DNA of 64,000 bases, from positions 10,106,001 to 10,170,000 of the forward strand of contig JBHGNT010000003.1 of NCBI GenBank assembly GCA_043228905.1. The letters are read 5' to 3'. Under the pieces are notes generated by a model. The model saw nothing but the letters and a program-made list of their open reading frames with translations. It searched no databases and was not told where the DNA came from. This document shows positions 37,816 through 52,000 of the stretch, one piece after another (position 1 is the first letter of the stretch; each line of letters starts with the position of its first letter). Source of the DNA: Azolla caroliniana (Eukaryota; Plantae; Polypodiophyta). A program made the position numbers and the translations under genes.

Positions 37816-38152
37816 ATTGCCATGGCACGTCGAACCCACACGCTTCCTATTCGTCGCCCAAAATGTCGAGGATGTTCGGCTCCGTTCGTTGGTCATGCCC
37901 CGGAGGCGGCGTGAGGTCCGTAGGTGCTTCGTTGGTATGCTCGGCCGGTGTGTCGGTTTCCGTGTTGTCCTCGTCATGCAGCTCCGTTAGTTCGCCATGC
38001 GCCGGAGGCGACGTGATGTCCGTAGGTGCTTCGTCGTTTGGTTTGGCTGGCGCTTCGGTCTCCGCATTGACTTCTTCACGTGGCGTCGTTGTGGTAGGCT
38101 TCGTAGGTACGCTCTCCAGGACATTTCCTTGTGGCTTCGGCGCGACCTCTTC

Positions 38153-40861
38153 CTAGCGTGGGTAGGCGTCCATAGGTACGCTCTCCGGGACATTTCCTTG
38201 TGGCTTCGGCGAGGGCTCTTCCTGGCATGGGCAAGCGTCCGGTTGCTGCTCCTCTTTGCTCATAACATCTGCGAGGTTGCTCGGTGTAGTTATTTCCTCA
38301 GGCGCGTCAATTGGGTTAGGCTGGGGCTCGTTTTGTTCGGCGGAGTCGTTGTCTGGTATTGTTATTGCCTCCGCCCTTTGGCTCTTGTTGTTGAGCTCCA
38401 TTAACTAGTGGAAGATGTCTTCCTGACTTTCCCCGAAATCGTCTAGCAGTTGTATGAGTTCTTCGGAGTGCTAGTTGGCGAGCGTTTGATAATCCTGTGC
38501 GGGGTCCTCTCGTACCGTCGCAAAGTTCTCCTCATTGATTTGTAAAAGCCTCTGCCCTCTTTGCGGCGGTTCTCCCAGTCTGCCCGGTAAGTGTGCAATT
38601 CCGTTGCTTGCGTAGTCCACGTTGCCCATCCTTTGTCTAACGTTGTTTTCAACTGCGTTGTAAACCGCTCACGATTTGTTTGAAGGAGTATGTGTACATT
38701 GTCCGTTATCGTTTGGACATGAGCTTGCACTTCGTCCAGGGCCTTCTTGAGGTTTTCGATTTTACGCTTATTGACCGTCATTGCTTCCTCATAGCAGGTC
38801 TTCCTCTTTGCCCAAATCTAAGACTCTTTAAGTGTAGTTCTTCGAGCCGGCCCATTTCATTGTTCAAGCGAATTTTTACCTGGCGTGTCTGTTCACGTTT
38901 ACGCACGATCTGTTCATCGTACCACGCTTTCTTCCTTTCTATTAACTCGCGAAGCCTCGCAATGACGATCTCTGTCTTCTTTGCTTCCTCATGCAACTTG
39001 CTCTTTTCTTCTTTTGTGCTGTTATGGGCTGCTATCTTTGTGTCGAGCTTCTCCTCAAGTGCTTTGGTCGCCCTTCTTTCTTTGGCCCTAATATCCGCTT
39101 CTTTGTTTGATGACTAGCGGAGTTCGGCGCAGAGTCGGTCGATCTCGATCTTGGCTAACTGTGTAGCCCTTTTCGCTTTTGCGGCTATGGCGGTTTGAGC
39201 TTCAACCTCCTCTTGTAGAGTGTTCAATTCGGTATTAGGGGGGGTAGGTCCGGGATATGTTACGCTGTCGTCGTGCTGCTTTCTAATTGCACAATGCGCT
39301 CTTGTGCCTTCTACAGTTGGTCTTGAGTAAGCTTGACTGTCTTCCAAAGATTTGTATTTTTAATAGCCATATCTTTGGTGCCCACACTGACTCTTGCCAA
39401 TTCCCTATGCACCTCGACCAAGGCAGCTTTTAATGGAGGTAATTCAATGCCCATACGACGAATTCCTGGGTTACGCTCTCTGCCCACCTTGGCAAGGGGT
39501 CCCTCATCTTCGCTTTCCGCTGTACTTGTTAGCGCATGCTCATTCATCTACTGTTCAGCGTGCTCCTCAACCATTCTCCATGACACCTTGATCTGTTGTG
39601 TCGCTAAGAATTCCATGAGTTCGTATGTCGTTCCAAACTGCAATAGTGCGCCGAACTGATGGTCTGTATTCCGAATGTCTGGATATTTCAGGACCTCTCT
39701 TTTTGTTGTGAGCACTCCCTTGCCTCGTGGAGACTGAGCTGTAATGATTGGTTGTGGCTCGCGGATTATCTCGAATGTAGCTGTATCTTTTACCAGTCCG
39801 GCTATATCTTTTACCAATCCGCGCCCATCTTTCCGATCTAGCCTACGACGCTTAGGCTTTGGGCTTCCACGGTTGATCCCTAGGTCTTCCTCACTCATTG
39901 TTGTCGGTGCTTCAACAGTCTCTGCTGGCTACTCTGGCCACGTTGGTTCCACGATGAAGTGGGAAGGTTGTGGTTCTTCTTCCCATTCCGTGGTCGCGAA
40001 TTCTGTTAATAGCCGTTTCGCAGATCGTGGCGGGGGCGTAGGCTTGCTAGTCAGCGGAGTGGGGAGTCCGCGTAGTGGAAACAGTATCGTAAGGTACTGT
40101 TGAATAATTGTCCTTAGCTTCTTTCCAGCTTGGTATGCGTGAAGTCCCTCACGTAATGCCGGTCCCGTAATTACTCCCCAATCTATTGCGCGACCTTCGA
40201 ATGTGTCGATGATAATGCTTGCCTTTTGTTTTTCCATTTCGTAGGCATTCACGTGTATGCATCCGACTACCATCAAGAACTTTACAATCTCCCGAAAAAA
40301 GGGATCTGGGATTTTCTTTGTTCTATATGCCTTGGTGGATGTTGAGTATTGTCCAAAATACCTCTCGAGTTCGTTAGATGGACGTATTTCGAAGTGCTTC
40401 TTGCTTGTTGCAGACAAACACAATTTCTTCCGGATACTAGCATTCTTTACCGTGTCGATGTTGAGCTTCCTGGTGATGTCTAGCGTATAGGGGTGCGGTG
40501 GCGCTTCTACTACCCGAATGTACCCCTCAAACCCCTTTTCCAGGAGCCACCTACGCAAGGCTGTCGAGATGATGATCGACATCGTGGGTGGACATGGTTT
40601 GTACTGGGAGAGTTGGACGGGTGAAGCACATGAGCTGCGTTGTGCGTGGTGCTTGCGATATGCAGGAGAGCGAGGAGAATGAGGAGCACGAGGAGCACAA
40701 GGAGCGTGAGGGGAGTGAGGAGAATGAGGAGAGTAGGTGGGAGGCAGTTTTTTGTAATGTGTAGAAAACCTTATGTTTCCTTCTTTTTGTTCATTAGGGT
40801 TGTTAGGCTTGTGTGACATCGTGACGACGCATTTTCTTGGTTTTGGGACTTGTGCATGCAT
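38153..40861 (-). pseudogene. Extra 3' ORF(s) of the Gypsy element (sense orientation, now broken by stops)
   Basis: Consecutive fragments 40861-39929, 39898-39548, 39547-39311, 39347-39114, 38996-38778, 38781-38443 and 38401-38153; globular part with GRAIDWG, then a coiled-coil-like region. Confidence 0.7.
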
Positions 40862-41049
40862 AAAGTCCTTTTAATAGTAGTGAATATCTTCTCCTTTTTT
40901 TTCCTATTTTTTTTCTAACGGTTATTGGTACAACATTATTGTTACATTTGCTACCCGAGGGTCCCAACCACTGCTTATTGTGGGATCCATCTGTCGTGTC
41001 CGTTACGGTAGGAAATGGGTTTGGGGGCGTAGATCCCAGGTAAGGCTTC

Positions 41050-42544
41050 AGTCGGAATCTGTTCACTTTTTGGCGTAACACTTCTCCGGCGAGTGTACCT
41101 AACTGAAAGGTCCCATTTTCCGCCCCAATTAACCAGTATGACCTTCTCTAGTAGAATCGCAAATTTCCAGGCATTGGTCCCATGCGCGTTTGAAAGACTA
41201 GTACAACTTTCCCAAACTTGAAGTCTTTCTCTCGTCTGTCCCGATGTCGATCTACAAACGCCTTACGCCATCGCTGCTCTTGCTCTAATATGGCCATGCT
41301 GCGGACCCGAGCTTCGCCTAGTTCGAGTAGTTGTTGTAGCCGAATTTGCTCGAAATGCCCTTCCCTCAATCTGTCACGTACTTGAATCCTTAAACTGGGC
41401 ACTTGGAATTCGATGGACATCACGACCTCTAACCCAAACGCTAACCGGAAAGGTGTGGACTGTATACTTGTTTTGTAACTCATTCGGTATGCCCACAACG
41501 CACTGTGAAGCTTTGTGTCCCAGCCTATTCTATTCTCATTCACTATCTTTTTCAGGATAGTTTGTAGTGTCTTGTTCATGGATTCTGCTAACCCATTTGC
41601 ATGTGGGTAATATGGCGTACTCTTCTTGTGTACTACGACCTAATGGTGCGTGAGTTCATGGATGACCGAATTCAAGAAATAGCTCCCTTGGTCGCTTATG
41701 TGCTCTATTGGGCAACCAAAACGACACCAGATGTGTTCATAAAGGAGTTTTGCCGTGGACGTCGTAGTATTGTTTCATAACGTCATCACCGTTATCTATT
41801 CTGCTTAAGAAGTCAACTATGACATGTTGCGTACCCGGCCGATGTTGAATCATGAAGTCAAACTCTTGGAGCAGCAGCATCCATCTGGCCAGCTTCCTTG
41901 TCAACGTCTGCTTCTCGACTAGGTAGAGTAATGCCGCGTGGTCTACATGAAACGTAAATTTCCGTCGGAGTAGATAATGTCAGAATTTATTGATGTTGTA
42001 GGTCATACCCAAGGCTTCACGCTCGGTTGTGGAGTAGTTTTGTTCAGCACCCGAAAATTTACGACTGGCGTAATAAACCGGTCGGTACCAATTAGGTTCC
42101 GTGAGCTGCATCAATGCACTACCTATTGCGAAATTTGAGGCATCTACAAATACGTGAAAAGGTGTCGTCCAATCTGGTGGTTGTACGACTGGTGCTTGAG
42201 TTAGCATTATCTTTAGTGCCTCATACGCTTTGTCTTCTACTCCCGTCCACTTGAAAGGAGTACGGTGTACAAAGGTGTGTAATGGAGTCGAAAAATCTAC
42301 CAAGTATTGTAACATACGGTTGTGCCAACGTATTTGCCCTAAAATACGGCTAAGGGCTTTGGCATTAGTCGGGGTCTTCGCTTCAATAATTTCCGTGATT
42401 TTGTTGGGGTCTACTACTATCCCCTCCTTGCTTACTATATGTCCGAGTAGCGCTCCGCTAGTGACACCAAATGCACATTTTGCCGAATTAAGACTCAGGC
42501 GGGACGTGCAGCAATGCTCCAAACAAAGCCGTAGATGCCCCAAA
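41050..42544 (-). pseudogene. Gypsy RT C-terminus, RNase H and integrase core (INT zinc-binding region deleted near 41780)
   Basis: KCAFG, FVDASNFAIGSAL, NYSTTEREALG; ISDQGS, WDTKLHSALWAYR, VNRFRLKPY. Confidence 0.88.
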
Positions 42545-42549
42545 TGTTT

Positions 42550-45500
42550 TGTTAGGAAACAGGTCCCTCTTGATGGGAAGACCCGGTGAGAACCGGATGA
42601 GGTGTACCCGACTATGGAAGACCCGGTGAGAACCGGATGACAAGCACCAGGCTACAGAAGACCCGGTGAGAACCCGATGATAAGCGCCCGGCAACGGAAG
42701 ACCCGGTGAGAACCGGATGTGGTGTACCCGGCAAGCGCCAGATGAGGAGTACCCGGCTACGGACCCGGTGAGAACCGGATGACGAGTACCCGGCAAGAGC
42801 CGGATGGTGAAGACCCGCTGAGAAGTCCCGACCGGCTGAAGGGACATATTCGTAAATATGTTTATGAGAGTCCATGGTGGCTATATTTGTAAATAGCCGA
42901 AAAGTCATATTAGTATAAATATGACTTAGGGCAAACATTAGATATAGTAGTTGTTGTCATTCTTGTTTGCGCAAGATTAGAGCGTGTAACTGTGTATAGA
43001 GAGAGTGAGAGAGAGGAAGAGGTCGTTGCCTCTGTTGTAATCGCCGCCTGTGGCGAAGAGAGCAAGCTCGAGGTCGTTGCCTCGGTGCTCTACTATTGTA
43101 CATTTCTAATATAGTGATAGTTTGCAGTCTGTGGGCTGCCGTGGTTTTTCCCTAGTTTGGGTTTTCCACGTAAACATCGTGTGTACTCTTCTCTCTCCTT
43201 TGCGTCGTGTATTCATTCCCCGTTTTCTGTGCTTGATTCCAAGCTCGGTTGTGGCCGAGCGTTTCGCATAGGGAGTGTGAGTTCCTGTCAAACTGGTATT
43301 AGAGCGAAACGAGACAGAAAAATGGATGAATCGTTGGGAGGCATGTTCAAGCTCACCGGCTCCAACTATTCCGTGTGGAAGTCGAAGATGAGGGACATGC
43401 TCGTGGTTAAAGATCTTTGGTTGCCAGTTTAGTTCGGGGACAAGAGACTGGACAAAATCGACGCCACGATATGGGAGGTGATGCACATGAAGACAATGGC
43501 CTACATACGGTGTTTCATCGACATGAGCCTATACAACAACTTCAATGAAGAGAGCAAGGCTCATGAGCTCTGGGAGAAGATCGGCATTATGTTTTAGAAC
43601 AAAAATGTTGTTAACCAAGTTTTGGTATTCCGGAAGCTAGTAAGACTCCAGTACCAAGATGGCTCTAGCATGGAGGAGCACATGAATGCCTTCCAGGGGA
43701 TGATACACCAGGCAACATCATTGGAAGTACCTCTCGCTGATGAGGTACTAGCACCACTCCTGCTCGATTCCCTCCCGGATAGCATGGAGACGTTGGTTGT
43801 CACTTTGGGCAACGCCGGGCCGGAAGGGAAATGGTTATCCCTAGCAAGAGTGAAGTCAAGCTTGCTAGATGAGGAGGCACATCGGAAAGATAAGGATACG
43901 AGCTCCGTCTCCAAAGCGCTCCTTACCGAATCGGAATGCGGAAGACAAAGGAACCGTAGTCCCCAGAACCAGGAAAAGTCGGGGACACGGTCAAAGTCAA
44001 GGGGGAGGCCTACTTGCTTCTATTGCGACAAGCCGGGACACTTCCAGAAAAACTGTCGGCATTTCCGAAAAGACAAGGAAACCGACGGTACCGATTCGAA
44101 GCGGACACCGGACCGGAACGGTAAAGACCGGAGGGGCCCGAACCAGAAGGGAACGACGGCAATCGCGGCAAGTGAAGAAGAGTTGATGCTCATCACCAAG
44201 GAGAGTGAGCTAAACCTTGCCGACGACGAGATGACCTGGGTGGACGACTCCGGAGCGTTGTTCCACCTTACCCCGGACCGGAAATGCTTCTCATCCTACT
44301 CAGCCGATGATCACGACTGTGTCCAGATGGGGAATGAAGGTACATGCCGAATTGTCGGCATAGGAGACGTGTGGTTGACAACACCAACCGAATGCAAGCT
44401 ATTGCTGAAGGATGTCCGACACGTTCCGGAGGTTCGTCTGAACATGATATCAACCGGTCGGCTAGATGATGAAGGCTACACGGGTAGCATCCGGAACGGT
44501 GTTATGAGGTTTAGCAAAGGGAGCCTGATTGTGGCTAGGGCCCGGAAGGTAAACACACTATACCTGATGAATGCCGGGTTATGTCCGGAGGAAGTGAACA
44601 TAGCATCCGACACTGCCGGTGAGCTGTGGCACAAAAGGCTGTGTCACATGAGCGAGAAGGGGATGAAGAGGCTTGCAAACGACAACCTCATTCCAGTGAT
44701 GAACGTGCACTTGGAGAAGTGCATTGATTGTCTAGCCGGTAAGCAAAACCGGACCTCCTTCTGACCAAGGCCACGGATGAGACGTAATGCACCACTGGAG
44801 TTGGTGCATACTGATGTGTGTCAAGTGGACACGAAGTCACATGCAGGATTGCAGTACTTCGTGACGTTCATAGATTAACACAACTGGAAGCTGTGGGCCA
44901 CACCGTTGAAGATGAAGGATCAGGTGCTATCCGTCTTCAAAGAGCTCCACATGAGAGTGGAAAGAGAAACCGGCCGGAAGCTTAAGGCGGTTCGAGCAGA
45001 TAACGGACGTGAATACCGGGGGCAGTTCGAGGAGTACTGTCGCTCGAAGGGAATCCGGCTCGAATTTACCGTGCTGAAGACGCCGAAACTAAATGGGCTG
45101 GCCGAGAGGATGAACCGGACCATAATGGAGAGGGCCCGGAGTATGCTGGCGCATGCAAAACTACCCAAGAAGTTTTGGGCTGAGGCACTGTCGACAACGA
45201 CATATGTGATAAACAGATCACCCTCAGTACCCTTGGACGGAGACACGCCACAGAGAGTCTAGACCGGTAAGGAAGTGTCCTACCGGCATCTGAAGGTATT
45301 CTGGTGTCTTGCGTATGTGCATGTAGCTAAGGACCGGAGAGGAAAACTAGATCCGAAGACCCGACCATGCATATTCCTTGCTTATGGCGACGATGAGTTC
45401 GGCTACTGATTCTGGGACTTGGTCGACAAGAAGGTATTCCGGAGCCGAGGTATTATCTTCATGGAGGACAAGATGCTCGCCGACTGGGAGTCGGAGAAGA

Positions 45501-48122
45501 AGATAATGAGCTCCGAGTCGACCGGTAAGGATCGATTCTACGATGAGCAAACCCAACCGGCAAGAGACCGGTTAGCACTCGAGGAACCAGCCGGTTACGG
45601 TGAGGATACCGAACCGGCAGAAGAGGAAGTAGAGGAAGCTGAAACCGGAACCAGCCAAGACCTCGAATCGGATTTGGATGAAGAGCAAATGGAGGGCCCG
45701 GTTACCGAAGCCCAAAGATAGAGATATCCTCTCAGAGAGAGAAGGGCCCCTCGGAGATTTCCGGATGTAGAGCATGTGCTGCTAACCGATGAGGGGGAGC
45801 CAAAAAGCTTCGTACAGGCGAAGACTGACACCCACAACCGCAAATGGTTAAGTGCCATGCAGGATGAGATGGATTCCCTACATGAGAACCATACGTACGA
45901 ATTGGTGGAGTTGCCGAAAGGAAAGCGGGCACTGCAAAACAAGTGGGTGTACAAGTTGAAACCGGGAGATGCTGGCAACCCCCCGAGATACAAAGCTAGG
46001 ATCGTGGTGAAGGGGTTCCAGCAAAAGAAGGGCGTGGACTTCGACGAGATATTTGCCCCGGTAGTAAAAATGACCTCCATCCGGACGGTGCTGAGTATAG
46101 CGGCAAGCATGGACCTCGATGTAGAGCAGCTAGACGTGAAGACGACATTCCTTCACGGTGACCTCGAAGAGGAGATCTACATGCAGCAACCGGAAGGATT
46201 CGTGGAGAAAGGGAAGGAGCACCTGGTTTGCCGGTTGAAGAAGAGCCTGTACGGACTGAAGCAGGCTCCCCGACAGTGGTACCGGAAGTTCGACTCCTTC
46301 ATGACCGATCAAGTGTACCACAAGACGTAGGCCGACCACTGCCTATTTGTGAAGAAGTTCGAAGGAGGCGACTTCCTGATACTCCTTTTGTACATGGATG
46401 ACATGTTAATCGTCAGATGGGACCAAGCCAAAATACGGATGTTGAAGAAGGCTCTCAACCGGACCTTCTCAATGAAAGACTTGGGTCCGGCAAGAAAGAT
46501 GTTGGGGATGCATATTATCCGGAACCGGTCAATGAGGCAATTGTGGCTGTCACAGGAGAAGTACGTGACAAAGGTGTTTCAGCGGTTCAACATGTTAGAT
46601 GCGAAACCGGTCGGATCAACACTTCCGGGAAACTACAGGTTATCCGGTAAGCAAAGCCCGAAGACGAAAGCAGAGAAGGCTGATATGATGAAGGTTCCAT
46701 ATGCCTCTACCGTCGGGAGCTTAATGTACGCAATGGTGTGTACCCGACCGGATATAGGATACGCAGTTAGAGTGGTGAGCCGGTTTATGAGCAATCCCGG
46801 CAAGGAGCACTGGAACGCAGTCAAATGGATACTCCTGTACTTGAAGGGCACTTCAAATATGTGTCTTTGATTCGGCTTCGGAAAACCTCAACTTGACGGT
46901 TTTACCGATTCGGACATGTCGGTTGATGTGGATACCAGCCAGTCTACATCCGGGTATGTAATGACATATGCAGGGGGAGCTGTTTCGTGGCAGTTGAGGC
47001 TGCAGAAGACGGTTGCATTGTCAACCACGGAGGCGGAGTACATGGCGGCTGTGGAAGCCGGCAAGGAAATATTATGGATGAAGGACTTTATCGGAGAGCT
47101 CGGTATCCGGCAAGATGAATACCGGTTCTATTGCGACAGTCAAAGTGCCATCCACCTTGCTAAGAACACGGCCTACCATTCCCAGACGAAGCATATTCAC
47201 CGAAGGTATCACTGGATCCGGGAAAGAGTAGATGACCAGGAGTTCACGTTGACGAAGATCCACACGACTGAGAACGGGTCAGATATGCTGACCAAAGTAT
47301 TGATACCCGACAAGCTGGATGCATGCCGGAAGCGGATCGGACTAGTAAGACATCCCATGCCGGAGTGAAGGGGGAGTTTGTTAGGAAACAGGTCCCTCCG
47401 GATGGGAAGACCCAGTGAGAACCGGATGAGGTGTACCCGGCTACGGAAGACCCGGTGAGAACCGGATGACAAGCACCCGGCTACGGAAGACCCGATGAGA
47501 ATCGGATGACAAGCACCCGACAACGGAAGACCCGGTGAGAACCGGATGTGGTGTACCCGGCAAGCGTCGGATGACGAGTACCCGACTACGGAGGACCCGG
47601 TGAGAACCGGATGACGAGTACCCGGCAAGAGCCGGATAGTGAAGACCCGGTGAGAAGTGCCCACCGGATGAAGGGACATATTCGTAAATATGTTTCTGAG
47701 AGTCCATGGTGGCTATATTTGTAAATAGCCGAAAAGTCATATTAGTATAAATATGACTTAGGGCAAACATTAGATATAGTAGTTGTTGTCATTCTTTTTT
47801 GCACAAGATTAGAGCGCGTAATTGTGTACAAAGAGAGTGAGAGAGAGGAAGAGGTTGTTGCCTCTGTTGTAACCGCCGCCTGTGGCGAAGAGAGCAAGCT
47901 CGAGGTCGTTGCCTCGGAGCTCTACTATTGTACATTTCTGATATAATGATAGTTTGCAATCTGTGGGTTGCCGTGGTTTTTCCCTAGTTTGGGTTTTCCA
48001 CGTAAACATCGTGTGTACTCTTCTCTCTCCTTTGCGTCGTGTATTCATTCCCCGTTTTCTGTGTTTGATTCCAAGCTCGGTTGTGGCCGAGCGTTGCGCA
48101 TAGGGAGAGTGAGTTCGTATCA
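42550..48122 (+). mobile_element. Full-length Copia #4 (Tork-like); LTRs 42550-43290 and 47379-48122
   Basis: TSD TGTTT (42545-42549 / 48123-48127); PBS TGGTATTAGAGC at 43294; PPT GAAGGGGGAGTT; all domains present with stops. Inserted in the Gypsy RT. Confidence 0.96.
43322..47368 (+). pseudogene. Disrupted Copia gag-pol
   Basis: MDESLGGMFKL start; multiple premature TAG/TGA. Confidence 0.93.
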
Positions 48123-48127
48123 TGTTT

Positions 48128-49084
48128 CCTTCGCGTTCCATACACCACAAAGTCGTTGAGAAAAACTTGCATAAATGCATGTATGTATTCTCCAAAAATC
48201 TCCGCAATTGTTTGCTGGAAACGTGCGGGTGCTGTTTTCAGACCAAACATCATTACTACGACAACGAACACGCCCCAGTCCATGACGAACGCGGTCTTTT
48301 CTTGGTTGTCAGGGTGCATAAGTACTTGATTGTATCCGTTGAAGCCATCCAAAAAGCTATACATGTCATGGCCCGCGACAACGTCTAGTACACTATCTGT
48401 AAACGGTAAGGTAAACACATATGTAATTGTTCCAGCATTTAGCTTGCGGTAGTCCACACAAACACATATTTTCCCATTCTTCTTCGGCATTATGACTATT
48501 GGAATCAGCCATGTGGCTTGCTTGATCGACCGAATGAACCCTGGTTTCAATAGTTTGTCAATTTCCTCTTTTACACGAGCCGCGTAAATTGGGTTCATTC
48601 GGTAGCGTCACTGCAGCACAGGTTTCGCGTCGGTGGACAAGTTGATCTTGTGTTGGTAAAATTTCGGATCCAACCCTTTCATATCCTCGTGTGCCCATGT
48701 GAAAACATCCCTATATTCCTGGAGCAATTTTGTCATTGTTGTCTTCTCACCAAAGGTTAGATCCCTAGCAATTGAGAGTAGTCGTGGCACCTCTGTCGTT
48801 CCGATGTTGACTTCTTCTAATGCAAAAGCGATGACGCGACATAAGATTTCCATTTCTTTTTCGAACGCTTCTCGCACCCTACTTAACTCTATTATCGACT
48901 CAAGATCAGGCTCATACTCGGGTTGGGGCGTACTCTGCTGCAATTTCCATTACGTCAATTTCGAATAATGGCACAATCCGCGGGTTTTCATCGAGGTATG
49001 CCTCAAACTCAGTATCATCCAATCCTTCCAGCATATTAATATCTTCGGCGTATAATGGCATGATGCCCTTGGTTGGTGCCACTG
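48128..49084 (-). pseudogene. Gypsy RT N-terminal region
   Basis: CVDYRKLN, SFLDGFNGYNQ, MMFGLKTAP, VFLNDF. Confidence 0.9.
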
Positions 49085-49089
49085 TTTCC

Positions 49090-52000
49090 TGTTAGGATCT
49101 CGGTCCCGCCGGATGGGATATGAAGGCCCGGCATAGGAAGACCCGGTGAGAACCGGATGACGAGTACCCGACAAGGAAGACCGGGTGAGAACCGGATGTT
49201 GCAGGCCTAGTGAGAACCTCTCACCGGATGAAGGGACATATATGTAGATATGTTTCTGAGAGCCCATTGGGGCTATATTTGTAAATAGTCCTAATGTCAT
49301 ATTAGTATAAATGTGACCTAGGGCAAACAATGTTTTCTTTTTCTTATATGAAGTTGTTGTTATTATCTTTGTTTAGCATTATTGGTGTAATGACTGTATT
49401 GAGAGAGAGAGAGAGACAGTGATACAGAGCATGTCTCTGTTGTAACCGCCGCTAGGCGAAGATTGTGAGCAAGAGGTCATTGCCTCTTTGCTCCCTATTG
49501 TACTCCTTGACATAGTGATAGTTTGGAGTCTGTGGACTCCCGTGGTTTTTCCCTCTCAGGATTTTCCACGCTAACATCCTGTGTATTCTCTTTTTGTTTG
49601 TGTACTTACCTCCGTTCCCATTTCTTCTGAGTTTGATTGTCATCAAGTGATATACGCTTCGGTTGTGGCTACAGATTATTCTGCATATTTCTCGTCAAAC
49701 TGGTATCAGAGCGAAACGACACAAAAAAATGAACGATTCGTTGGGAGGCATGTTCAAGCTCACCGGCTCCAACTATTCCATGTGGAAGTCGAAGATGAGG
49801 GACATGCTCGTGGTTAAAGATCTCTGGTTTCCGGTTCAGTTCGGGGACAAGAGACCGGAAAAAATCCATGCCATGATATGGGAGGTAATGCACATGAAGA
49901 CAACGGCCTACATACGATGCTTCATCGACATGAGTCTATACAACAACTTCAATGAAGAGAGCAAGGCTCATGAGCTCTGGGAGAAGATCGACATTATGTT
50001 TCAGAACAAAAATGTTGTTAATCAGGTTTCGGTATTTCGGAAGCTAGTAAGACTCCGGTACCAAGATGGCTCTAGCATGGAGGAGCACATGAATGCCTTC
50101 CAGGGGCTGATCCACCAGGCAACATCATTGGAAGTACCTCTCGCCGATGAGGTACTAGCACTACTCCAGCTCGGTTTCCTCCAAGATAGCTGGGAGACGT
50201 TGGTTGTCACTTTGGGCAATGTCGGGCCGGAAGGGAAACGGTTATCCCTAGCAAGAGTGAAGTCGAGCTTGCTAAATAAGGAGGTGCGTCAGAAAGACAA
50301 GGATACAAGCTCTGACTCCAAAGCGCTCCTTACCGAATCGGAACACAGAAGACAAAGGAACCATAGTCCCCAGAACCGGGAAAAGTCGGGGACACGGTCA
50401 AAGTCAAGGGGGAGGTCTACTTGCTTCTATTGCGGCAAGACGGGACACTTCCAAAAGAACTGTCGGCACTTCCGAAAAGACAAGGAAACCGACGGTACCA
50501 ATTCGAAGCGGACACCAGACCGGAACGGTAAAGACCGGAGGGGACCGGACTGGAAGGGAACGACGGCAATCGCGGCAAGTGAAGAAGAGTTGATGCTCAT
50601 CACCGAGGAGAGTGAGTTGAAACTTGCGGGCGACGAGACAACGTGGGTTGTTGATTCCGGAGCGTCATTCCACCTTACCCCGGACTGGAAATGCTTCTCA
50701 TCCTACACAGCCGGTGATCACGATTGTGTCTGGATGGGGAATGAAGGTACATGCCGAATTGTCAGCATAGGAGACGTGTGGTTGACAACGCCTACCAGAT
50801 GCAAGCTATTGCTGAAGGATGTCCGACACGTTCCGGAGGTTCGTCTGAACCTGATATCAGCCGGTCGGCTAGATGATGAAGGTACACGTGTAGCATCCGC
50901 AACGGAGTCATGAAATTCAGCGAAGGGAGCTTGATAGTGGCTCGGGCCCGGAAGGTCAACACGTTGTACCTGATGAATGCCCAGTCATGCCCGGAAGAAG
51001 TGAACGTGGCTTCCGACATTGCCGGTAAGATGTGGCACAAGAGACTATGTCACATGAGCGTGAAGAGGATGAAGAGGCTTGCCGATGACAACCTCATTCT
51101 GGTGAAGAACGTGCATCTTGAGAGGTGCACTGACTGCTTAGCCGGTAAGCAAAACCGGACCTCCTTCCAATCAAGGCCACCGATGAGACGTAATGCACCA
51201 TTGGAGTTGGTGCATACCGATGTGTGTCAAGTGGACACGAAGTCCCATGCTGGAGCGCAGTACTTCGTGACGTTCATAGATGACCACAATAGGAGGCTGT
51301 GGGCCATACCGTTGAAGACGAAGAATCAGGTGTTATTCTTCTTCAAGGAGCTCCACGCAAGAGTGGAAAGAGAAACCGGACGGAAGCTGAAGGCGGTACG
51401 AGCAGATAACGGAGGGAAATATCGGGGGCAGTTCGAGGAGTACTACCGCTCGAAGGGAATCCGACACGAATTTACCATGCCGAAGATGCCAGAACTAAAC
51501 GGGCTAGCCGAGAGGATGAACCGGACCAGAATGGAGAGGGTCCGGAGTATGCTAGCACATGCTAAACTACCCAAGACATTTTGGGTTGAGGTGTTATCGA
51601 CAACGACGTATGTGATAAACAGATCACCCTCAGTGCCCTTGGATGGAGACACGCCGCAAAAGATGTGGACCGGTAAGGAAGTGTCCTACCGGCATTTGAA
51701 GGTGTTCGGGTGTCTCGCATACGTGCATGTTGCTAAGGACCGGAGAGGAAAGTTGGATCCAAAAACCTGGCCATCCATATTCCTTGGATATGGCGATGAT
51801 GAGTTCGGCTACCGAGTGTGGGATCCGGTTGACAAGAAGGTTTTCCGGAGCCGAGATATTATCTTCATGGAGGACAAGACTCTTGCCGACTGGGAGTCGG
51901 AGAAGAAGATAATGAACTCTAATGAGATTCGGACCCACTCGGCTAAGAGTCGATTGACACTCGAGGAACCAGCCGGTTGCGGTGAGGATACCGAACCGGC

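Noticed and set aside
42560-42840. Regular repeat array resembling CRISPR
   Set aside because: Tandem LTR minisatellite without unique spacers; eukaryotic context, no cas genes.
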